Below, piece after piece: positions 1 through 6,758 of a stretch of DNA of 13,384 nucleotides. A program made the translations under genes and the position numbers. The notes below the pieces were generated by a model that was not told the DNA's origin, did not search any database, and saw nothing but the letters and a program-made list of their open reading frames with translations. The DNA comes from Candidatus Latescibacterota bacterium. GTDB taxonomy: Bacteria > Latescibacterota > UBA2968. How positions within the stretch are numbered: the first letter of the stretch is position 1; the number at the start of each line of letters is the position of its first letter. The stretch is taken from contig JAYODI010000011.1 in NCBI GenBank assembly GCA_038279365.1, forward strand, positions 1-13,384, read 5' to 3'.

Positions 1-92
1 GCCTTTTTTAACGCTATTCCTCAAAGTTGCACTTATAACTTGAATTCAATAGTATAATACTTCCATCATAAACCACTTAAAAGATCTGTAAC

Positions 93-133
93 AAAAAAGA
101 GGGCAAACATCGTGTGTGATGTTTGCCCTTTTT
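93..133. terminator. Rho-independent terminator, probably bidirectional
   Basis: Perfect 12-bp stem AGGGCAAACATC (100-111) / GATGTTTGCCCT (118-129) with a 6-nt loop, an A-tract at 93-98 and a T-tract through 133. It lies downstream of the minus-strand dioxygenase. Confidence 0.85.
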
Positions 134-137
134 ATAA

Positions 138-268
138 TGAAAATTGTTTAATTAAATCGGCAATAATTTGATTGGGCTTTTGATCTTAAGTCCGTAGGAC
201 TTTCCTTATCGTAGCACTGAAATTTATTTCGGTGCGGTTGATCGAGTTATTACTGAATTAATTTTTCA
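138..268 (+). ncRNA. Putative structured non-coding RNA or MITE-like element, family not recognised
   Basis: 157-173 pairs with 240-256 (12 Watson-Crick, 4 G-U, 1 C-A). Outer pairings are 148-152/257-261 and 138-143/263-268. Internal hairpins are 174-179/188-193 (or the alternative 188-193/197-202) and 214-222/227-235. Non-WC pairs are almost all G-U on the + strand. Confidence 0.4.
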
Positions 269-290
269 ATCTCCATAATAAAACGAATAC

Positions 291-1349
291 TTACTGATAA
301 TCCAAATAAATCCCCTTCATCCATCGTGGCCCCGTAAAAGGTGTTCGGCCATGTAACATCCTAAAGTTGTCGTACAAAATAAAATCTTGTGGTTGCAACA
401 ACACGCGAAACTGATAGGCTGGATCTTCAATCAAACGCACAAATTTCTGATACGCCCGATACCACTTTTCCATCTGATCAAAGGAATAAGATAAGGGTGC
501 AAACGTGAAATAACTCGACCGAACTTGAAAAAACTGGTCCGATTGAAATGACAAAATGGGGCAACTGGTTTGGCTCTCAAAATGCTTTTGCTTGCGATGA
601 AACACCACAGGCATTTTTGTTAGGGCTTCAAATGCCACCCTATCTAAATCGCGTAAGTAATACGCCGCCTGTTGGGCATCTGCAAGCAGGCTCTCGCCCC
701 CTTCATCGGCAGTTTGAATACATTGCAACAATTGAAACCGTGGCACATTTTCAATAAAGGGTTGGTCTGTATGCAAATTTACAGCCGCATTGGTATAGCC
801 CAACTGATCCGTATTTTTATTGGTCGTATTATCTGTTTTGAGATCTTCAATATATCCAAAATGACTGTCGCGCAAAGTAAACACATCTTGTGTCAAACGC
901 GATATCAATGCCTCCGTGTCCAAAGTACATCCCCGCATCAAAATGGCACCTTTTTCCTTGAGATATCGATCGCAAATGGCCACAAAATCTTCTGAACAAT
1001 TCTCATAAAACACTTCAATGTGCGCCAAATCCTGCGCCTGAATTTCAGAAACCTGCGCGTCTATGGCATAGGCATGATCCCACAACCACGCCAATGCAAA
1101 ATCACTCACATGTCCATCTTGCCAAACCAAACGAATATGTGCATCATCTACCATAAACATATCTTTGGGCCTGATATGCAACGGCACTTGAGATGGGCAT
1201 AAAATTCTCTCTTTTGTTGTTTCATGTACACAACAAGGACAATGATGGCGCAGCCAAAAATAATGATAATTTGCAAAGTGCTTTGAGCCATCAAAATAAA
1301 CCCGTAGATATTCATGCTTATCTTCAAATATTTTCTGTTGACCAGTCAT
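291..1349 (-). CDS. TauD/TfdA-family Fe(II)/2-oxoglutarate dioxygenase, gamma-butyrobetaine/trimethyllysine hydroxylase-like, with N-terminal GBBH (DUF971-type) domain
   Basis: N-terminal WLRHHCPCC...WQDGH zinc-domain pattern; HTD iron motif (LHTDQP); GGES; distal DNFRMLHGR and R-W-M-K-G-I-Y. Start set at ATG 1349 behind GAGG rather than the ORF-track start at 1406, which overlaps the upstream gene. Confidence 0.88.
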   Translation of the reverse strand: MTGQQKIFEDKHEYLRVYFDGSKHFANYHYFWLRHHCPCCVHETTKERILCPSQVPLHIRPKDMFMVDDAHIRLVWQDGHVSDFALAWLWDHAYAIDAQVSEIQAQDLAHIEVFYENCSEDFVAICDRYLKEKGAILMRGCTLDTEALISRLTQDVFTLRDSHFGYIEDLKTDNTTNKNTDQLGYTNAAVNLHTDQPFIENVPRFQLLQCIQTADEGGESLLADAQQAAYYLRDLDRVAFEALTKMPVVFHRKQKHFESQTSCPILSFQSDQFFQVRSSYFTFAPLSYSFDQMEKWYRAYQKFVRLIEDPAYQFRVLLQPQDFILYDNFRMLHGRTPFTGPRWMKGIYLDYQ

Positions 1350-1384
1350 CCGCATCCTCACAAATAGAATGAAACATCCAAGAG

Positions 1385-2569
1385 CTACAGGGACGCATCC
1401 GCACAATAATCCACAGCCATCAGAGCATAGACCTGCGCCACACGCACCAGTTCATCCACAGGCACCCACTCCTCAGTGGTATGTGCACCACGAGCATTCG
1501 GGCCATGCGTTAATACAGGCACCCCTGCCAAAGCCGCATATCGGTTGCCATCATCCACAAATGGCTTGCCTCCAAAGGGCAACACATCACCCGTCACAGA
1601 CCGATATGCCGCCTGAAAGGCCTGCACACTCGCATCTGTTTCAGACACCGAAAACGCATCGGCCTGCACTTCCCAAGTCACCTCAATTTGCGTATTTGTT
1701 TCTTTTGCAACAGACTGCACAAAATCGGCAAACTCCGCCAAAACAGTATCTGTTGTACCGGGCTGTACCCATCGTCGTGTACCTCGCAAACGACATGTTA
1801 TAGGCGATTGATTATAGATCTCACCCGCTTCTATCTGCCCCACAAACACCGAATCTGCACCTGCATAAGGCACTGTGCGTTTTGCCAAAACTTCGCCCCA
1901 TCGCTTCAACTTTCCAACAAGATCAGCACCCGTACCCAACACATCTGGCAAATCCTCAACACGCAAAACCTCATGAACGGCATCGCCCTCGCGTGTGATC
2001 ACCACATCAAAAATGGCCATACCACGCCCAGCCAAAGGCAACCGATCAGACAAATATTCGGGAAACAACACCGCATCCCCCACATACCCTGCATCAATCA
2101 AACCCGTTACCTGACGTTTATCACCCCAAGGTCCTTCGTGATGATCGTGAGCAGTAAACAACACACTGCCTTTTTTTAAGGCATCTGTTTCGCGCAACAC
2201 CCGCAACGCCTCCACACAAGCCGCCACGCCCCCTTTCATGTCCGAAGCACCCGAACCACGTAAAATGCCATCGGTCACACTGGGTGCAACAAAGGGCAAA
2301 TGTACCGTATCCAAATGCCCATCCATTTGCAACGTGCGACCTTTTTCAGCACCCTGCAATCGTGTAACCACCGCAGGTGCTTCAGGCCAATTGGCCTCAG
2401 GCCGTTCCACGTCAAAACCATCGGCTTCCAAAATATCGGCCAACCGATGAGACACAGCACCCGCATTCAGTGTTGGGCTTGGTACGGCAATCAAATTGAC
2501 CGCCGTATCAACCAACCGCTCTCGATTGACCGCTTTACAAATTGCTTGCACCCATGTTTCAGAAGCCAT
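1385..2569 (-). CDS. M20-family metallopeptidase/deacylase (ArgE/DapE-like)
   Basis: Motifs GHLDTV, GSGASDMKGG, dimerisation-domain G-x-A-x-H, and C-terminal GP...AHTTEEWV. The usual EE is read as HE (AHDHHEG). Start at ATG 2569 behind GAGAGGA. Confidence 0.9.
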   Translation of the reverse strand: MASETWVQAICKAVNRERLVDTAVNLIAVPSPTLNAGAVSHRLADILEADGFDVERPEANWPEAPAVVTRLQGAEKGRTLQMDGHLDTVHLPFVAPSVTDGILRGSGASDMKGGVAACVEALRVLRETDALKKGSVLFTAHDHHEGPWGDKRQVTGLIDAGYVGDAVLFPEYLSDRLPLAGRGMAIFDVVITREGDAVHEVLRVEDLPDVLGTGADLVGKLKRWGEVLAKRTVPYAGADSVFVGQIEAGEIYNQSPITCRLRGTRRWVQPGTTDTVLAEFADFVQSVAKETNTQIEVTWEVQADAFSVSETDASVQAFQAAYRSVTGDVLPFGGKPFVDDGNRYAALAGVPVLTHGPNARGAHTTEEWVPVDELVRVAQVYALMAVDYCADASL

Positions 2570-2580
2570 AATGTCCTCTC

Positions 2581-2610
2581 TTGACACAGACTCTAAAATC
2601 ACTTAGAGTC
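2581..2610 (+). promoter_or_regulatory. Putative sigma70 promoter (TTGACA-N17-TAGAGT) overlapped by an 8-bp inverted repeat
   Basis: Perfect -35 TTGACA at 2581-2586, 17-nt spacer, TAGAGT at 2604-2609. Palindrome GACTCTAA-N6-TTAGAGTC spans 2589-2610. Confidence 0.45.
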
Positions 2611-2739
2611 CTACCATAGAAATGCATCAAAACAAACACATCGACAGCATACCGTTTCTTTTTTATTTTTACTTATTGAAATGCACCAAGACCTAAAGAT
2701 CACGCACCATTTGCATGCCCCTCAAAAGAGATTAAAACC

Positions 2740-3297
2740 ATGGCAGATGAAGAAGAACTCTTAGACGATGAAGATGCAGATGAATACAATATCGTTGCCA
2801 TTGTGATTGCCGTTGTAATTGTATTGGCAATTATTGGTGGTGTCGTTTGGTATTTCTTTTTGCGTACGCCGCCCGAAGAAGAAGACTCCGCACTTCAATT
2901 ACCCGTGTGGGAAGCACCCGTCGACGCCAAAGCAGATGAGGTTTTTGAACTCATTCCCAAAATGATTATTAACCCAGCAGACAGCAATGGGCGTTATTAT
3001 CTTATCGTCAAAGTAGATGTGGCCTGGCGCAATGGCATGCCCAGCGATTTGTTGGGGAAACAATGGATGTTGGCCAAAGCACAAAACCTGATCATCGACG
3101 TCTTTAGCAGTTACACCATTGCAGAGCTCCAAACACCCAAATTTAAAGAAGAAGCCCGCTTAGAAGTCAAATATGAGCTCAACAAAATGCTGGGCTGGGA
3201 AGGAAAAGATCCCACACCCGAAGAAGAAGCCGAGTTAGACCCAGAGAGCCTACCGCCTATTAGAGAAATTTATTTGGTAGAGTTCATTTTACAATAG
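2740..3297 (+). CDS. fliL: Flagellar basal body-associated FliL-family protein
   Basis: Short acidic N-terminus, single TM helix ending GGVVWYFF, then IINPADSNGRYYLIVKV, IIDVFSSYTIAELQT, ELNKML and the typical terminal IREIYLVEFILQ. Confidence 0.82.
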   Translation: MADEEELLDDEDADEYNIVAIVIAVVIVLAIIGGVVWYFFLRTPPEEEDSALQLPVWEAPVDAKADEVFELIPKMIINPADSNGRYYLIVKVDVAWRNGMPSDLLGKQWMLAKAQNLIIDVFSSYTIAELQTPKFKEEARLEVKYELNKMLGWEGKDPTPEEEAELDPESLPPIREIYLVEFILQ

Positions 3298-3316
3298 CAC
3301 ACTTCAACCAGTAAGG

Positions 3317-4057
3317 TTAGTGAGATTCTGATAAACTTTTGAGCAACTCAACCGCATCACCCGTACCATCCATCACATGGGCACCCGATGGAATCACAAA
3401 CTCAAACAACTTATCTGGTATCTTTGCATTTAAACGCACATCTTCAAAGCGCCTTATCACAATTTCATTGCCATCTGTATCAAAAACCTTTTGGGTGCGC
3501 AACAAACCATCTTTGGCAGAGATTGTCAAATGAGTCTTAACCAATGCAACAGGCAACTGAGCGCTCAACAAATTGGGCATTAACTGCGCTTCAAAAACAT
3601 ATCGACTTTTGTCTGACGAAGGATGAAGCCGAATCGTTTCCCAAACCACTCCCCGAAATGGACGCAACGGATCGGGGATATAGGCATCCACTTCCAAATT
3701 TGTTTCACGATAAATACGTCCTCTGTTAAACTTCGTCACTATTTTTTCTGCCGCATCATAAGTCCACAACATACCAGAATCCGAAATCATAGAAGGCGTC
3801 CATTTGCCATCATCCACAGCGCCCAAAAACATCAAATTGGGCAACTGAAAAAAAGCCTCGGCCACATCTTCTATTTCCTGATCCATCACCTTATAAACGG
3901 TAAACAAACGCGCCTGACAAACAGAAACATCACCGCGTTTTTCTTGCACAGCAACAAGGGCTTCATCGGTTTTGGCATCACCTGTAGATACCTTTTTGTC
4001 ATCGGCCAGTGCAACACCAAAAAATAAACACACCATAACAATCCATACATATTTCAT
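3317..4057 (-). CDS. LolA-like outer-membrane lipoprotein carrier / periplasmic protein
   Basis: Signal peptide (MKYVWIVMVCLFFGVALA-D), F-Q-L-P-N-L strand, ISDSGMLWTYD, and C-terminal FEDVRLNAKIPDKLFEFVIPSGAHVMD. AAGGAG SD precedes ATG 4057. Confidence 0.72.
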   Translation of the reverse strand: MKYVWIVMVCLFFGVALADDKKVSTGDAKTDEALVAVQEKRGDVSVCQARLFTVYKVMDQEIEDVAEAFFQLPNLMFLGAVDDGKWTPSMISDSGMLWTYDAAEKIVTKFNRGRIYRETNLEVDAYIPDPLRPFRGVVWETIRLHPSSDKSRYVFEAQLMPNLLSAQLPVALVKTHLTISAKDGLLRTQKVFDTDGNEIVIRRFEDVRLNAKIPDKLFEFVIPSGAHVMDGTGDAVELLKSLSESH

Positions 4058-4144
4058 CACGTACTCCTTACACATTAAAAAGTGCCCTCCATACGATGAC
4101 CACTTGCCACATATGATCTGTTAAACCATGAGAATGCTTTGTCT

Positions 4145-4747
4145 ATGAGAGAATTTATTCTTCGCGCCCGAAAAGGCCCAACCGCTCCCAATTTTTCCCT
4201 CGACCATCTCAGTGATGCTGGGCGTTTGGAAGTTGTCACACACTGTATTGCCAATGCCCTATTTTATTCCAAACACATTCGCCCCCAAACCATCATTCAT
4301 ATCGTGCTCGATGGCCCAGGCGACCCACCCAAAACCATTCGCTTTGAAAGTGATCACCTACCCTATTTGGGCGGTTTTGACGAACGCAGTCTTGCCCAAG
4401 TGATCCAACGTGCCTTACTAACGGGGCGGGGCCTTACGCTCAATGAAGAACGCCAAGTAGACAGCGGTCTGTTTGTGGCCAAAAAAGCTTTTGAAACCCT
4501 GATCAAAGAAAAAGTAACAGCAGGCAATCTCTATTATTTACAAAAAAAAGGCGACGACATTCGCACCCTCACCTTTTCTTCCAATGCCACCTTTGTGTTT
4601 ACCGACCATTTAGCCATGCCCAAAAAAACAGACAAGTACCTCCAACGCCTCGGTGCAACGCCCATCAGTGTCGGCCCTCAAATGCTCTTTGCTTCTCACT
4701 GCATTATTTTGGCCCACAACGAACTCGACAGACAAAATATTCCCTAA
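4145..4747 (+). CDS. trmY: tRNA (pseudouridine(54)-N1)-methyltransferase TrmY, SPOUT class (DUF358)
   Basis: MREFILRARKGPT...FSLDHL...GRLEVV.HCI.NALF.S..IR, VLDGPGDPPKTIRF, DERSLA, and SPOUT knot FVFTDH...ISVGPQMLFASHCIILAHNELDR. Confidence 0.87.
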   Translation: MREFILRARKGPTAPNFSLDHLSDAGRLEVVTHCIANALFYSKHIRPQTIIHIVLDGPGDPPKTIRFESDHLPYLGGFDERSLAQVIQRALLTGRGLTLNEERQVDSGLFVAKKAFETLIKEKVTAGNLYYLQKKGDDIRTLTFSSNATFVFTDHLAMPKKTDKYLQRLGATPISVGPQMLFASHCIILAHNELDRQNIP

Positions 4748-4757
4748 ACCATCCTCT

Positions 4758-6539
4758 TTATACCCGGTAAAAAAAAGCCCCCTTCAGTTTTGTACGATGC
4801 AAGGGGCACTCCCCTGGGCATACATGATGGCAAGAAAAACTGCCATCCAATTTGGCCCATACCGATTGAATCGCCCGATCTGACGTGGCAAAAAAATGTG
4901 TCTGCCCAATCTGTTCCAAAGACCCCGTACCCACCAAAACATCCGTCACTTGTTTTTTAGTACCCGCAAATAACACCTCTACATGCGCTTCTTTCAAACG
5001 CTGTACCACCCCCACCAACATCTCTTCACCCGTAGCATCCAACTGATTGATCCCTTCTGCATCCACAATCACATAACGCAAGTGTGGGTTTTGAGCCACA
5101 CACTCCAACATCATATCTTCAAATGCACCCGCACTGCCAAAATACAACGACCCATCAAAACGCAACATCGCCATCACATCACATACTTCCAAATCATGTG
5201 TTTTTGCATCACGCAATGCCCCATCGGGGTGCCGCGACAAAATGGCCACACGCGGTTTCATGGTACGATACAAATACAACACCAAAGACAAGCCTGTACC
5301 AATAACAATACCCACATCTAAGTGAGGTGCGGCAAGCAACGTCAACACAAACGACACAATCGCCACCAAACCATCGTGACGATGCACCCGCCACATACTC
5401 ACAATAGACTTCACCTGCACCAACCCAAAAACCGACATCATAATAATGGCTGCCAAAGTTGCTGCAGGTAAATGGTAGAGCAAAGGGGTAAACCACAATA
5501 AAATCACAACCACAACACCTACTGCCACCACAGATGAAAAACCCGTTTGAGCACCTGCACGCAAATTCACGGCAGATCGAGCAAAAGACCCCGACACAGG
5601 ATGGCTTAAGAAAAAACTGCCCAAAATATTGCTCAGCCCCTGCCCGAGTAACTCTTGGTTAGACGAAATGCGCTGTCGGGTTTGGGTGGCCATTGCTTTT
5701 GCAATCGAAATGGTTCCCACATAACCAATGAGTGCAATGGTCAAAGCTGCTGCCAAAAGCTCACGTATCACATCAAAATCAAATTGAGGAACCGAAAATT
5801 CGGGAATACCACGTGGAATATGCCCAATCACGGCACCACCCAATTGAGATTCAAATTCGGTTATCCACGCAATCAATGTGGTCACAACAACAGCCAACAA
5901 AATGCCCGGCAAACGCGGCGCAAATTTGCGCAAACCACCAATGATCGCAAATGCCAAAATGGCCATGCCCAAAGTCGGCCAATGTGTATTCAACATCGCT
6001 TGCTCAAGTGTGTGCCAAACCCGCATATAATGTGGCCCCCCCGATGGCACATGAACGCCAAAAATCAAATCAATTTGTGACGTACCAATAATAATTGCAC
6101 CCGCATTGGTAAAACCCAACACCACCGGTTGTGATAAAAAATTAACCAAGGCTCCCAACCGCAACAAACCAAAAGCAAGTTGCATCACCCCAACCATAAA
6201 GGCCAATAAGATGGTGTAAGGGATATAATTGGCATGATCAAATGCCACAATCGGTTGCAACGCAGCAGCCGTCATCAAAGAGACCAATGCCACAGAGCCC
6301 GTAGACAGCTGACGAGACGAACCAAAAAGGGCTGCCACAACAGGCGGTAAAAACGCCGCATAAAGACCATAATAAGGCGGCAAATTGGCCAATTGGGCAT
6401 TGGCCATAGATTGTGGAATCAAAACCAAAGACACCGTAATACCCGCCAAAATATCGGCACGCAAAACTTTGCCGTCTTTGAGTTCCCCCACCCAATTCAA
6501 AAATGGAAACAATTGATACCACAGTTTGTTTTTATTCAT
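4758..6539 (-). CDS. sulP: SulP-family inorganic anion (sulfate/bicarbonate) permease with C-terminal STAS domain
   Basis: ADILAGITVSLVLIPQSMA, YGLYAAFLP...LFGSSRQL, NQELLGQGLSN, SGSFARSAVN, and STAS motifs RFDGSLYF...INQLDATG. Confidence 0.95.
   Translation of the reverse strand: MNKNKLWYQLFPFLNWVGELKDGKVLRADILAGITVSLVLIPQSMANAQLANLPPYYGLYAAFLPPVVAALFGSSRQLSTGSVALVSLMTAAALQPIVAFDHANYIPYTILLAFMVGVMQLAFGLLRLGALVNFLSQPVVLGFTNAGAIIIGTSQIDLIFGVHVPSGGPHYMRVWHTLEQAMLNTHWPTLGMAILAFAIIGGLRKFAPRLPGILLAVVVTTLIAWITEFESQLGGAVIGHIPRGIPEFSVPQFDFDVIRELLAAALTIALIGYVGTISIAKAMATQTRQRISSNQELLGQGLSNILGSFFLSHPVSGSFARSAVNLRAGAQTGFSSVVAVGVVVVILLWFTPLLYHLPAATLAAIIMMSVFGLVQVKSIVSMWRVHRHDGLVAIVSFVLTLLAAPHLDVGIVIGTGLSLVLYLYRTMKPRVAILSRHPDGALRDAKTHDLEVCDVMAMLRFDGSLYFGSAGAFEDMMLECVAQNPHLRYVIVDAEGINQLDATGEEMLVGVVQRLKEAHVEVLFAGTKKQVTDVLVGTGSLEQIGQTHFFATSDRAIQSVWAKLDGSFSCHHVCPGECPLHRTKLKGAFFYRV
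4769..4807 (-). terminator. Terminator-like hairpin inside the last codons of sulP
   Basis: Minus strand reads GCCCCTT-GCATCGTACAAAACTG-AAGGGGGC followed by 8 T (A-run at 4769-4776 on +). Confidence 0.45.
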
Positions 6540-6569
6540 CGCGTTTCATATTCCATTGCTCAATAAAAA

Positions 6570-6695
6570 TAATCTACCCAACAAACCCACATTAATCTGC
6601 CCAACGAAAGCACAAAGAGCAAGCACAAAGTCATCACCCAAATATATCACATTGAAAAATCCTACACGCAACAACAATTTGAACTTATATTCAAA
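6570..6695. promoter_or_regulatory. Cluster of direct and inverted repeats in the divergent sulP/symporter intergenic region
   Basis: TAATCTRCCCAAC at 6570-6582 and 6593-6605; AAGCACAAAG at 6608-6617 and 6621-6630; TTTGAA-N6-TTCAAA at 6678-6695. Confidence 0.35.
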
Positions 6696-6758
6696 AAGTT
6701 TGTTCCGTTCACCAAATCCATTTATCACCAGAAACCACATCTGAAAAAAGGGGTTTCT

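Noticed and set aside
170..240. Guanidine-I (ykkC) or c-di-GMP-I riboswitch on the - strand (ACGGA...AAAAGCCC)
   Set aside because: The 5' conserved cores (CUAGGGUUCCG; GGCAAA...GAAA...ACGCAAAG) are absent, and the G-U bias favours the + strand.
138..268. Retron msr-msd or integron attC call
   Set aside because: There is no reverse transcriptase or integrase in the window, the putative msd hairpin is very short, and RYYYAAC/GTTRRRY core sites do not flank the repeat. Kept only as an unclassified structured element.
1350..1406. N-terminal extension of the dioxygenase ORF (MCGCVPVALG...)
   Set aside because: It overlaps the M20 stop, and a better SD-ATG exists at 1349.
1369..2584. Plus-strand ORFs antisense to the M20 gene (144, 163, 70 and 94 aa) and similar shadow ORFs across the window
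   Set aside because: They lie opposite or inside well-supported CDSs, show skew-driven H/P/Q/T-rich or motif-less sequence, and lack SD signals.
2694..2720. Sigma28 or sigma54 promoter upstream of fliL (TAAAGATC...; ACGCAC-CAT-TTGCA)
   Set aside because: There is no GCCGATAA -10 element, and the -24 GG with correct spacing is missing.
6570..6630. CRISPR-like array
   Set aside because: Only two copies each of 10-13-bp repeats with very short spacers, and no cas genes.
6540..6758. Glycine riboswitch ahead of the AGCS symporter
   Set aside because: The context makes one plausible, but the GGAGA...CCGAAG...CUCUCAGG cores are absent.
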